Source: an uncultured delta proteobacterium
GTDB lineage: Bacteria; Desulfobacterota; Desulfobacteria; Desulfobacterales; Desulfatirhabdiaceae
Direction of reading: 5' to 3'
NCBI GenBank assembly: GCA_963789395.1
Contig: CAWBKP010000022.1
Span: 192,001 to 256,000 of the forward strand
Length of the DNA stretch: 64,000 nucleotides
The notes under the pieces were generated by a model that saw only the letters and a program-made list of their open reading frames with translations, made no database searches and had not been told where the DNA came from. Position 1 is the stretch's first letter. Each line of letters starts with the position of its first letter. Below are positions 47,870 to 58,316 of this stretch, piece by piece. The position numbers and the translations under genes are program-made.

Positions 47870-48667
47870 AACCGGATGCAGATAAAGAGCCCATTCTCCG
47901 GGTAGAAAAAGTCAGCAAGGCTTTTGGCGGCATACAGGCTTTAAGCGGCGTCAGTTTCGATGTCCATGAAGGCGAAATTTTAGGGATCATCGGCCCCAAC
48001 GGCTCGGGGAAAACGACCGTGGTAAACTGCATCACCGGATTCATCAAAAAAACGTCCGGCCGCGTTTTCTTCCGGGGCAGGGATATCTCCAACACAGCCG
48101 CCCCATAAGATTGCCGACATGGGTGTTACCCGCACATTTCAGATCATGCGGCCCTATTTCACCCTGCCGGCCTATAAGAACCTGGTGATTCCCCTTTTTT
48201 CTCCCCGGGCAAAACGTACGGGGGGATGGCGCGGCGGCGGGAGGCTGGGGGACAGAAACACCGTCAGCATCGATATTCTGGAGGAGATCGGCTTTGAGCG
48301 GGATTCCTATGTGCCTTACAAAACCGCCTCCACGCTTCCCACCGGCTATCTCAAGCGCCTGGAACTGGCCCGCTGCCTGGCTTTAAAACCCGAGATCATT
48401 ATTTGTGACGAAGTATTTTCCGGCCTAAGCATGAGCGAAATAGCCAGCATGGTGCCCCTGATCGAGCGGCTGCAAATGGACGGCATTACCCTGATCATGA
48501 TCGAACACCGGCTCAGGGAACTGTTCCGGGTAGCCAACCGGATCCTGGTGCTCAATTTCGGGGAAAAGCTTACGGAAGGCAGTGCGGAAGCGGTCATGGC
48601 CGATGAGCGGGTTAAAGCGGCTTATTTCGGGTCTCAGAAGGTTGAGGAGATTATGAAACATGCTTGA
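47866..48667 (+). CDS. livG: HAAT ABC ATPase (LivG-like), frameshift near 48095
   Basis: GPNGSGKTT; removing one base gives ISNQPPHKIADMGVTRTFQ; LELARCLA, CDE, IEH. Confidence 0.88.
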
Positions 48668-49421
48668 GGCGACCGGGCTGATGGTGTTTTACGAAAATAT
48701 GCTGGCGCTCAACAATATCCATATCCGCTGCGGGGTCAACCAGATCGTTGGGGTCTTCGGCGCCAACAGCGCCGGCAAATCGACACTGATGTACGCCTTG
48801 TCCGGCATCATGCAGGATATTCAAAAAAAAGAAGCCATGGCCGGCGGCGAACGGATCACGCTGATGGGCGATATCCGGTTCATGGGCGAAGATATTTCAA
48901 GCCTGAAACCCAGCCAGCGGGCACGCAAAGGCATCGTGCTCTGCCCGGAAAGGCGGCGCATATTTAACGAAAGCAGCGTTCTTGAAAATCTTAAAATCGG
49001 CGGGTACCTGGCTTCATCCTCCGAGGCCCGCAATACGCTCGACTATGTATTCAACATCTTTCCGCCCCTTAAAAAGCTTAAAAAGCGCATCGGCGGTTTC
49101 CTGAGCGGGGGCGAACAGCAGATGCTGGCGATCGGCCGGGCATTGATGGCGCAGCCCAAAATCCTGCTTCTGGACGAACCGCTCATGGGCCTGAGCCCTT
49201 TGATGCAGGCCGAGCTGATTCTTGCCACCAAGGGGATTTGTGATGAAATGAAGCTATCGGTCATCATTACCGAACAATATGCCCGGCCGGTTTTGCCGAT
49301 CGTGGATTACGCCTATATTCTCGAAAACGGGTCGGCGGTAATGGAAGGCAGCAGACAGGAGCTTATGGACAACCCGGACGTTCGCTCCGCTTATTTCGGG
49401 ATCGAGGAGTCGCCTGCATGA
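48660..49421 (+). CDS. livF: HAAT ABC ATPase (LivF-like)
   Basis: GANSAGKST, LSGGEQQMLAIGRALM, LLDEP, VRSAYFG. Confidence 0.9.
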   Translation: MLEATGLMVFYENMLALNNIHIRCGVNQIVGVFGANSAGKSTLMYALSGIMQDIQKKEAMAGGERITLMGDIRFMGEDISSLKPSQRARKGIVLCPERRRIFNESSVLENLKIGGYLASSSEARNTLDYVFNIFPPLKKLKKRIGGFLSGGEQQMLAIGRALMAQPKILLLDEPLMGLSPLMQAELILATKGICDEMKLSVIITEQYARPVLPIVDYAYILENGSAVMEGSRQELMDNPDVRSAYFGIEESPA

Positions 49422-49436
49422 CAAGAACCGCTGACA

Positions 49437-51103
49437 ATGAACTATGCCAATGAGCTGACCTATACACGGTTTGACAGGATGGCGGAGAAATACCCGCGGA
49501 ATACGGCAATTATCTATCTGGGCGAGAAGTTTTCCTTTTCGCCGGCTGTATGACTTGAGCGCGCGTTTTGCCGGGCGCCCTTCAGGATCTGGGAGTCTGC
49601 AAGGGGGACCGGGTGATGATCTATGTCTCCAATTGCATCCAATGGGTCATCGCTTTTATCGGCATCCAGAAACTGGGGGCGGTGATCGTTCCGGTTTCGC
49701 CGATCTACACCTCTCACGAACTCGACTACATGGTCAAAGATTCAGGAGCGGAAACCCTCATCTGCCTGGACACCAATTTTTGCTATGTCAAGGAGGTGAT
49801 GGAAAAAGCGGGTTTAAAACGGGTGATCGTCACCAATCTTGTAGATCTGCTCCCGCCATGGAAACGGTATCTGGGTGTTCTCTTCGATAAAATTCCCAAC
49901 GGCAAAGTCGATTACAGCCCGGGCGTTCACAGCTTCAAGTCCCTTTTGCAGCATGCGCCGCTCAAGATGCCGTCACACATGGATCCCATGCAGGATCTCT
50001 CCTACCTGCTGTATACCGGCGGGACAACCGGTTTTCCAAAGGGCGTTTCCGGCAATCACAGCGGGATGACGTCGTATGTCAACGATGTTACCGACGATGT
50101 GGCTGGTGACAGGCTGCTGGAAGGCCGGGATGTCTATATCGCGGTCAATCCGCTGTTTCACATTATGGCACTCGGGCTGTTTATGGCGATCGGCCTGAAC
50201 AAGGGCAACGCCACGGTGCTGATGCCCGTTCCCCAAGTCGACGCAATTCTGGAATGTATCCAGCGATTCGGCGTCCGGTGGATTCTGGGTGTGCCCGCCC
50301 TGTACCGGATGATGCTTGATAATGACCGGCTTGATCAGTATAAACTCGATTCGCTTCAATATTGCTTCTGTGGCGGTGATGTGCTTCCCGTTGAGATATT
50401 TAACCGCTGGGAGGCGCATTTCAATATTCCGATCTATCAGGTATACGGGTCCACCGAGGTGGGACACGTTTGCTACAGCCGGATCGACAAGAAGCCGAAA
50501 CCCGGAACCATCGGTCTTCCCTTGAGAAGCCGGGAATGCATGGTCGTAAACCCCGCGACGCTTGAGCCGGTCTCCGCCGGTGAAAGCGGAGAGCTGCTCG
50601 TCTCTTCACCCTACACCATCAAAGGCTATTGGAACAAGCCGGATGAAACCGAGCGGACCTGTGTTTCGATCGGCGGTAAAGTTTTTTGCCGCATGGGCGA
50701 TTTCGTATCTGAAGATGAGGATGGCGAGCTTTATTATGTGGAGCGCAGTGCCGATCTCATCAAGCATAAAGGCTACCGGATTTCGGCATCGGAAGTGGAG
50801 GCCATCCTTCAGGATCATCCCACGGTTATCGGTGCCTGCGTTGTGGGCGTACCCGACGCGCGGGTCGGTGAACGGATAAAAGCCATCGTGGTGCTGAAAG
50901 AAGACGCGCGGGGTGTTGGGGGGTCGGACCTGATTAAATGGTGCCGCGAACATCTGGCTCCCTATAAAGTTCCCGCATATATCGAATTCAGAGACATGCT
51001 GCCCAAATCCAAGGTCGGCAAACTGCTGCGCAGGGAGATCCGCGATGAAGAGCGGCGGCGCGTCTCCAAGGGTAAAGATCAGGGGTCTGCAGTCTCTGGA
51101 TAA
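49437..51103 (+). CDS. Acyl-CoA synthetase (FadD-like AMP-binding enzyme), two frameshifts near 49540-49575
   Basis: MNYANELTYTRFDRMAEKYPRNTAIIYLGEK joins ORF 49568; YTGGTTGFPKG, YGSTE, RMGD, LPKSKVGK. Confidence 0.9.
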
Positions 51104-51140
51104 CTGTGCCAACAGATTGCCTTTTTGATCCCCGGAACGG

Positions 51141-52482
51141 CTAAGAGGGAAAACACCTGGCAAAGGCCTTCATGAGACTGGGGGACCCTTTGATACGAAT
51201 TTTTCCTTGAATCAGGGCCAAAAGCAGATTTTTTTCCTTGGCCAGAAATCCAACCCAGGTGCGGCTGTCGGCGGTAACATGCAGGTCGGCGTTTCCCACG
51301 TGACCCATGGAGACTTCGATGCTTTTGTTTTTGATGACCACCGTGCTTTTTAATGCTTCTTGGCCGGTAAACGTGAAATGGTAAGTGGAATTAATCCCCT
51401 CTGATTTCCCCCTTTGAAAAACGATGGGCAAACTTTCCAGAAACCTTCCTGCCGTATCGGGCCGAAGCCCGTTTCCGATCTTTTTGCAATGCTTGTGCGG
51501 GAAACGCTTGGCTGTATAGGCCTCGGCATCGGAGCCGGGAACCACATAGATGGTTTCCACCTTGTCCTGGAAAGGTTTGACCACGTCATTCAGGTATTCC
51601 TTCCGGTTCTCCAGAAAAGGGCCGATGAGCTCCTCTCCGGCCGGGCAGACAGCCATGCAAGTGGAGGATTTGTTGCAGATGCCATAGCTCAAGGACTGCC
51701 ACATGGAAACCGTATCCGAATCGCTGACCTTTTTCCGGTAAGTTCGCTACGTTCTTGCTTGAGACCATCATTTCCACCCAATCGATAAATCCGCCCAGGC
51801 GATCCCGGTAATTGTGGGTCATGCAGGCGGTAAAATTGAAATGGCCGTCCGGTTCGATGGCCCCGACCGGGCAAACGGAGACGCAGAGCCCGCATTCAAT
51901 GCAGGGATTGAAATCCAGCGGTTGATCATAGGCGGCGGCTTCCTTGTCTATGAGCAGGGTGTTTAAAATAACGAAGCTACCGAATCGGGGATGGATCAGC
52001 AGGCGGTGATGACCCAATTTCCCCAAGCCACCGGCAACGGCAATGGGTTTATGGGAGATCGGCCACATTTTCCCCGGCCACTTGGCCATGTTCATGGGAA
52101 AACCGCAGGAAGGATTGAGCGCGGCCACGCCATTGTCATGAAGAGTCTGTATTATCTGACGGGATACGGAATTCGCTTTTTCAAAGATCTGAAGAAACTC
52201 CAGGTCGGATACATCTCGGGATACGCAGCGGATATTTTCGGGGTGGAGTTTGCAGACAATGCTCATCAGGCTTCTGGTGCGCGGGAAAATCTCCAGAATA
52301 TCCTTTCGGTGAACTGCTATTTCCGGACGATCGATCTCGACCAGGGCGACGTCGTCTGCACCGGCTTCAATGGCGATGTTTTTCAGCCATGCAGCGTCGA
52401 GAAAGGTTCGGGGTGACGCGGTTGGATCGGCTGTTTGCTTTTCCCGGTAATGCTTGACCGTTGGGTGTTCTTCCAGTTGCAT
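51141..52482 (-). CDS. QueG/RdhA-like 4Fe-4S protein fused to a C-terminal SCP2 domain, frameshift near 51740
   Basis: GFPMNM..W..SHKPIAVAGGLG..GHHRLLIHPRFG, CIECGLCVSVCP, C...CMAVCP; C-terminal YHFTFTG...ADLHVTADS..W...IQGKIRIKG. Confidence 0.82.
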
Positions 52483-52501
52483 AATGCTACCCCCGGATTT
52501 C

Positions 52502-52939
52502 TTAAGGTTTCGTCACAACTTCGATGACATCTCCGCAGCAGATTTTCCCAGGATTCAGCACGCGGGCAAACACGCCTTCCCGCGGCATGATGCAATCACC
52601 GGCCTGGTAATAAATCGCGCATTTTTTATGGCATTCCTTGCCGATTTGCGTAATTTCTACCAACGCCGTCTCCCCCAATCGGACCCGGGTGCCAATAGGC
52701 ATCTTTACCCAGTCGATTCCGGTGGTGGCGATGTTTTCGGCAAAATCCCCGAAGGTGACGTTAAGGCCCTGGCTGCGGGCGGTTTCGATGCTTTCGGATG
52801 CCAGAAAACTGACCTGGCGGTGCCATTTCCCGGCATGCGCATCCCCCTGGAGACCGTGGTCTGCTGTTAATAACGCCTCCTGAACCGGTGTTTTGCGGGT
52901 CCCTTTCTTCTTGCTGATGGCGATGGATATAATCTTCAT
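52502..52939 (-). CDS. MOSC domain protein
   Basis: GDAHAGKWHRQVSFL, GDFAENI, TQIGKECH..C.I....GDCIMPREGVF. Confidence 0.92.
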   Translation of the reverse strand: MKIISIAISKKKGTRKTPVQEALLTADHGLQGDAHAGKWHRQVSFLASESIETARSQGLNVTFGDFAENIATTGIDWVKMPIGTRVRLGETALVEITQIGKECHKKCAIYYQAGDCIMPREGVFARVLNPGKICCGDVIEVVTKP

Positions 52940-53088
52940 TTTTTTCTCGTGTCCTTTCGGCAGTTGTTTGACAGGCGCTTGCTGTATTGGCTATGAGGGG
53001 TCGTCTCGTTATATAAAATTAGGACAGCAGATGAAAAATGCAACTGTCTGACGATGCTCCCTTCCAAATTTTGATAGGCTCACCAACG

Positions 53089-53853
53089 CTACTTTATGAA
53101 ATATATCAACGAGACAACGATGCCGATGATGACAACGATCCTGCGCAGGGCACCTGGCGGAATACGCCCCGCCAAACGGCCTCCCAGGGTTCCACCCACA
53201 AGTGAGCCCATGGCCATGACCAGCATGACAGGCCAAACAACCTGTCCCGAAAACAGGAAGAAAATGGCGGTTGCGATATTGATACTGAATGCCGTGACCT
53301 GCTTCAACGCATTGAGCCGGGTCATCGTATCATCTAGAATAAGACCGAGCACTGCCAGCACGATGACACTGACCCCTGCTCCGAAATACCCGCCATAAAT
53401 GGCGGCTGGAATCACAAACACTACGACCCATGCTTCATTGATTTTATCAGAAAAAGGGTGGCTGCCGGTTCGTCGAATGAGCCATCCCCGCAAGGGATCC
53501 TGTATGGCCAGCAATCCAGAGGCAAGAAGGATCAGAAAGGGAACCAACGCCCGAAACGCTCGTTCTCCGGTATGCAACAGCAGGATGCCGCCGGCGATTC
53601 CGCCCAACACACCGACAGGCAGCAGCATCAAAACGCGGCGCTTTTGTCCCTTCAGATCGGTCATCTGTGCAAAGGTTGCTCCCAGATAGCCGGGGCAAAG
53701 CGCCACGGTGTTGGTGACATTGGCGGGTACGGCAGGAATGCCCATGGCCGTCAGCATCGGAAACGTGATAAGCGTACCGCCGCCTGCAAGCGCGTTTACC
53801 GCACCGCCTGCTACGGCAGCCAAACCCATTACACAAATTTCTATCCAGTTCAT
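53089..53853 (-). CDS. Sulfite exporter TauE/SafE family protein
   Basis: [34 protein letters not shown]. Confidence 0.9.
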   Translation of the reverse strand: MNWIEICVMGLAAVAGGAVNALAGGGTLITFPMLTAMGIPAVPANVTNTVALCPGYLGATFAQMTDLKGQKRRVLMLLPVGVLGGIAGGILLLHTGERAFRALVPFLILLASGLLAIQDPLRGWLIRRTGSHPFSDKINEAWVVVFVIPAAIYGGYFGAGVSVIVLAVLGLILDDTMTRLNALKQVTAFSINIATAIFFLFSGQVVWPVMLVMAMGSLVGGTLGGRLAGRIPPGALRRIVVIIGIVVSLIYFIK

Positions 53854-54006
53854 ACGAATATGATATCAATTCTTAAATGTTCAAATCTCAAACTTGATAT
53901 TTCATTGTAGTAGAGACGTTTTTATCAAAATCAACTTTTACCTGACAATTCAAAAGCATCAGCCGGGAGGTCTTCTGTTCGGATGGTCACCTTCTGCGGT
54001 GGCCGA

Positions 54007-54627
54007 TCACCGCTGTTTCATTTTCTTGAGCATTTCATCGATGGATTGTCCGTTTGGCGCCATGGCAAGCGGGTTGACCGCCAGGAGCTCCTCCCAGGCC
54101 TGGATGGCACCTTTCGGATTGTTCAAATCATGCATCAGCACAATCCCTTTGTTGAACCGTGCGATTTCATGCTTGGGGTCGACGGCGATGGCTTTGTCAA
54201 AAGACTGAACCGCTTTGTCGTATTTTCCGACTTTGCGGTACATCACGCCCAGATCCGTCAGGACATCCGCGTTTTCGGGTTTAAGAGCCAGTGCCTTTTC
54301 ATAGGCGGCAATGGCTTTATCCGGAAAGTTAGAATCGAAGCACAAATTCCCCAGTTGAATCCATGCTGCAATGTCATCGGGGTTCTGGGAAGTTTTGAAT
54401 TCCAGCCCGGCAATTGCATCCGAGTGGTCGGGAGATATATTTTGTTCGACATGTTGATGCGGGTCCGCAGACGGACTGCCTCCGGTCTTATAGAGGGTCA
54501 ACAGCACGCCGACCAGAATGCCCGCAACAAACGCCATAGCAATAACGCCATAAGAGACCCCCTGTTTTTCAGAAACGCCTGCGGTGGGTTTTTCGATATT
54601 TTTTTCGCCCTTTTTCTGCCTTCCCAT
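54007..54627 (-). CDS. Membrane-anchored tetratricopeptide repeat protein
   Basis: One TM segment, then TPRs (AWIQLGN..., VLTDLGVMYR..., ARFNKGIV...). Confidence 0.85.
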   Translation of the reverse strand: MGRQKKGEKNIEKPTAGVSEKQGVSYGVIAMAFVAGILVGVLLTLYKTGGSPSADPHQHVEQNISPDHSDAIAGLEFKTSQNPDDIAAWIQLGNLCFDSNFPDKAIAAYEKALALKPENADVLTDLGVMYRKVGKYDKAVQSFDKAIAVDPKHEIARFNKGIVLMHDLNNPKGAIQAWEELLAVNPLAMAPNGQSIDEMLKKMKQR

Positions 54628-55101
54628 GAATTCCTCCGAATGATTATTTCATTTTCCTGTTTCCTCCGAATTCTTTCATACTTGATCGTATTCATCAAAT
54701 GGATTTTGGCAACATCAGCTGACGAAATAATATAACTGTTTTCCAAACAGCCGATGTGATATATTAAACCATCCACCAGGAAGAATATGGAGGGCCCGAT
54801 CATGCTGAATGCAGATGTAATGAACGGTAAATCACTATTTCCTGATGCGTTTTCCCTCCAGTTGCTATCGGCAGTTGATGCTGCCCGGATTCGCGACTGT
54901 TCAAAACCAGGGGTGCTGATTCCTGTTCTGGAAGAAGATCAGAGAACTCTCAGTTGCCAGCGCCAATCCAACCTTAATATCAACGTGATAGGAAACAGAA
55001 TCCTCAAATATACTGCCTGGAATGGCGTGATTTTCCCTTCATTTCCAGGCGGATGCTGCGCCTGATGCCTCGCTCAACCTTTCAGTCAGGGAGGAACGAT
55101 C

Positions 55102-56898
55102 ATGTGGAAAACGGTCAGCACGGGATGGGCCGGGGTCGAACCCGCCGTCAAACAGTTTCTTCCACCCTGCCAGGTGCGCTGTCCCATCAACGAGGACATC
55201 CAGAGAACCAACGTCCTCATCTCTCTTCTTCCAGAGGACCCGGAGCTGGCAACGGACGGAATTGTTCAGATCGGCGACTACCTTTACGAAAAGAACCCCT
55301 TCTTCCCCGTTTGCGGCTATGTTTGCGGGATCTGCGAATTGGAGTGCAACTACCAGAGCAAGGGCGGCGCCATCCGGCGGCGGCTCCTGAAGCGCTTCAT
55401 TGCGGATACCTATATTTACCAGATGGAAAAGCGCGATGAATATCCGCTTGTCAAGAACCGGGAAAATGTGGCCGTGGTGGGCGGCGGGCCAGCCGGGCTG
55501 ATGTGCGCCTACGATCTGAGCAAGCGGGGCTACCGGGTGACGATCTTCGAGGCTTCGGACCGCCTGGGCGGCGCCCTGTGGCTGATCCCGCGCTACCGGT
55601 TGCCGGAGAAGGTGCTTGCCTCGACCCTGGATACCCTCGTGCGGCTGGTGGGGATCGACGTGAAATACAACACCCGGATCGGAGAGGGCAAGTGGACCCT
55701 CGAGAAACTCCGGAATGAAGGCTATCAGGCGGTCTTCCTGGCGCAGGGAACGCCTGCTCCGCGGACCCTGAGTTTCGGCGGGAAAGAAGTTGAGGGGCAG
55801 GATCTGTCAGGGGTCATGTACGGTCAGACGTTCCTTTACGAGGTCAGCCACGGCAACATCAAGCCCAATTATTTCAAGGGCAAGAAGGTACTGGTCATCG
55901 GCGGCGGGAACGTGGCTTTCGATGTGGCCAGGACCGTCCGCAGGCTTGCCGGTGAGACCACCATGGTCTGCATAGAGTGCGAGGACCGCAGCTCCAGGGA
56001 TCGCGTACCGGCCGACTGGGAAGAGGTCCGCGGCGCATGGGAGGAGGGAATCCGGATCATCTATTCACGAGGCGTGAGCCGGATCATCGGCGCGGGCGAA
56101 CGGATGCAGAAGGTCGAGTGCCCGCGCTGTCTGAGCGTTTTCGACGCAAAGGGGTTCAATCCGAAGTTCGATATGGCCGACACCCTCACCCTGGAAGGCG
56201 ATGTGCTCATCATCACGGTGGGACAGGGGCCGGATATCCTGGTACTGCAGACGGACGGTCTACTGAACGAACAGGGGAAACTGGTCGTCGATCCGCTGAC
56301 CCTGCAGAACCAGAACAAGGAATGGATCTTCATTGGCGGGGACGTTCGCCGGATCGGGTTTATGGTGGATGCCATGAAGGACGGCCTGACGGCCGCCGAT
56401 TCCATTGAGCGCTATCTGCGCGAACTGAGCCTGAGGGAAGGGCGCAGCCGCCTGTTGGAGCCGCAGGATATTCCCCGCCGGCGGTATTACGAGTCGGAGC
56501 CCGAGGTCCTCTGGATTCCGCCGGAGAAGCGGATGCACTTCAGGCTGTTCGAAAGGGGCTTCACCCTCCCCGAGGCCATCGACGAGGCCAAACGCTGCCT
56601 CACCTGCGGACCGTGCATCTCCTGCAAGGCTTGTATTTCCGTCGGGATACAGAAGAGCCTTCCAGGCGTCGAGGTGAATCCGGAGCGTTGCTGCGGCTGC
56701 GGAATCTGCGTGTCAATGTGTTACTACGGCGCGGCCCAGTCCAAGGATGTTGAAAACAAGCGTGTGTCTGTGACGGACAGCTTCAAGTGCAAATCCTGCG
56801 GGATGTGCGTGGTTGCCTGTCCCTCCAATGCCAGGCGGCTGGTGGGAGACGCGATGGAAAAACGGATCGAGACAGTATTTGCCTCACTGGCGCAATAA
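55102..56898 (+). CDS. FAD/NAD(P)-dependent FeS oxidoreductase (GltD/NfnB-like core with an HdrA/HdrL-type C-terminal ferredoxin domain)
   Basis: PCQVRCP, CGYVCGICELEC, GGGPAG, GGGNVAFD, EAKRCLTCGPCISCKAC, CCGCGICVSMC, CKSCGMCVVACP. Confidence 0.85.
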   Translation: MWKTVSTGWAGVEPAVKQFLPPCQVRCPINEDIQRTNVLISLLPEDPELATDGIVQIGDYLYEKNPFFPVCGYVCGICELECNYQSKGGAIRRRLLKRFIADTYIYQMEKRDEYPLVKNRENVAVVGGGPAGLMCAYDLSKRGYRVTIFEASDRLGGALWLIPRYRLPEKVLASTLDTLVRLVGIDVKYNTRIGEGKWTLEKLRNEGYQAVFLAQGTPAPRTLSFGGKEVEGQDLSGVMYGQTFLYEVSHGNIKPNYFKGKKVLVIGGGNVAFDVARTVRRLAGETTMVCIECEDRSSRDRVPADWEEVRGAWEEGIRIIYSRGVSRIIGAGERMQKVECPRCLSVFDAKGFNPKFDMADTLTLEGDVLIITVGQGPDILVLQTDGLLNEQGKLVVDPLTLQNQNKEWIFIGGDVRRIGFMVDAMKDGLTAADSIERYLRELSLREGRSRLLEPQDIPRRRYYESEPEVLWIPPEKRMHFRLFERGFTLPEAIDEAKRCLTCGPCISCKACISVGIQKSLPGVEVNPERCCGCGICVSMCYYGAAQSKDVENKRVSVTDSFKCKSCGMCVVACPSNARRLVGDAMEKRIETVFASLAQ

Positions 56899-56913
56899 CC
56901 AAGGAAGCCGCCC

Positions 56914-57309
56914 ATGGAAACGTATAAGCCCAAAGTCGTCTGTTTTTCATGCAATTTCGGATGGGGGTATCTGAGCGACGAGGAAACCCTCGGTGCCGCC
57001 ACCCTGTACTGGATACCGGTTGCCTGCAGTGGCAAGATCGACACCTGCCACATCCTGAAGGCCTTCAGGGCCGGGGCCGACGGAGTGCTGATCCTCGGGT
57101 GCCCCGAAGGGCATTGCCATTTTCAGGACGGCAACTATCAGACCCGGAAAAAGGTCTACCTGATCCACAAAGTACTTTACGCCTTCGGGATCGAACCGGA
57201 GAGATTGATTATGGATCTGGCGATTGATCCGGAGGGGAAGAAAATTCCGCTGCTGGTTGCTCAGATGAGAAATGACCTGGTCAAACTGGGTCCGGTGAAA
57301 CAAGTATAG
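56914..57309 (+). CDS. mvhD: Hydrogenase iron-sulfur subunit delta (MvhD-like)
   Basis: PKVVCFSCN, VACSGKID, GADGVLILGCPEGHCHFQDGN, GIEPERL, LGP. Confidence 0.88.
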   Translation: METYKPKVVCFSCNFGWGYLSDEETLGAATLYWIPVACSGKIDTCHILKAFRAGADGVLILGCPEGHCHFQDGNYQTRKKVYLIHKVLYAFGIEPERLIMDLAIDPEGKKIPLLVAQMRNDLVKLGPVKQV

Positions 57310-57326
57310 GCCCAAGGTGAATCAAG

Positions 57327-58316
57327 ATGATGAGAAAACCGAAGGTTGCCATTTACGGGTTGGGGGCTTGTGCAGGGTGCGACGAGGCGCTGATCGACCT
57401 GAACGAGGCAATTCTGCACCTGGCCGATGCCGTCGACATCGTCCTCTGGCCCCTGGCCATGGATTTCAAGTACAGCCGTATTCATGCGATGCAGGATGGC
57501 GAGATCGCGCTCAGCATCCTTTCGGGATCCGTGAGGAACTCCGACCATCAGGAAATGGCGGAGCTGCTGAGGAAAAAATCCCAGCTGGTGCTTGCCATGG
57601 GTGCGTGCGCGTGCTTTGGCGGCACACCCGGCCTGGCCAACTTCCGCAGCAAGGACGACATCTTCAACTGGGTCTACCGGGATGCGCCGACAGTGGTAAA
57701 TCCGAACGGGAACTTTCCCGCAGCCGGAGACCGAATGAACGGCCGCAAACTGACTCTGCCGCGTTTTTTTGAGCACGTATTCACGCTGGATCAGGTCATT
57801 GACGTGGATTACTACCTCCCGGGGTGCCCGCCGCCGCCCGAATTGATCGGCAACGCCGTCAACGCGGTGCTCGCGGGCGACCTTCCGCCGAAAGGATCCA
57901 CCCTGGCGCCCCGCAAGGCCCTCTGCGATACCTGTCCCCGCAACCATCGCAAACCGAACCGCATGGAGATCAGATCTTTCAGGCGCATCCACGAGGTGGA
58001 GGCCGATCCGGACGAGTGCTTCCTGGCAGCCGGGATCATCTGCATGGGGCCTGCGACGCGCTCGGGATGCGGGGAGACCTGCATCCGGATCAACATTCCG
58101 TGCCGCGGCTGTTTCGGGCCGGTCCCAGGTGTCGTGGGGTCGGCGCCCAAGTTCCTGTCCTCGCTTGCCTCCCTGCTCGTGGTGGAGCGGGACGAGGAGA
58201 TCAAGGAGACCATCGACACCATCGACGATCCTGTCGGCTACCTGTACCGTTTCGCCCAGGCTTCATCCATCCTGGGGAGAAGAAGCGCGAAGAAAAACAT
58301 GGAGGATTCACCATGA
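57327..58316 (+). CDS. mvhG: Group 3 [NiFe]-hydrogenase small subunit (MvhG-like)
   Basis: ACAGCD, MGACACFGGTPGLAN, YLPGCPP, LCDTC, CFL...CMGPATRSGC...C......CRGCFG. Confidence 0.88.
   Translation: MMRKPKVAIYGLGACAGCDEALIDLNEAILHLADAVDIVLWPLAMDFKYSRIHAMQDGEIALSILSGSVRNSDHQEMAELLRKKSQLVLAMGACACFGGTPGLANFRSKDDIFNWVYRDAPTVVNPNGNFPAAGDRMNGRKLTLPRFFEHVFTLDQVIDVDYYLPGCPPPPELIGNAVNAVLAGDLPPKGSTLAPRKALCDTCPRNHRKPNRMEIRSFRRIHEVEADPDECFLAAGIICMGPATRSGCGETCIRINIPCRGCFGPVPGVVGSAPKFLSSLASLLVVERDEEIKETIDTIDDPVGYLYRFAQASSILGRRSAKKNMEDSP

Noticed and set aside
48090..48121. Apparent stop-codon readthrough or split livG
   Set aside because: Deleting one base restores the conserved PPHKIADMG sequence; a simple indel.
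51586..52482. Respiratory reductive dehalogenase
   Set aside because: No Tat signal, no rdhB anchor gene, and an SCP2 fusion; only fold-level similarity is supportable.
54787..55065. 92-aa ORF upstream of the hydrogenase operon, and a weak Rex-like site near 54755
   Set aside because: No recognisable motif in the ORF and the site matches the palindrome poorly; more likely promoter region.
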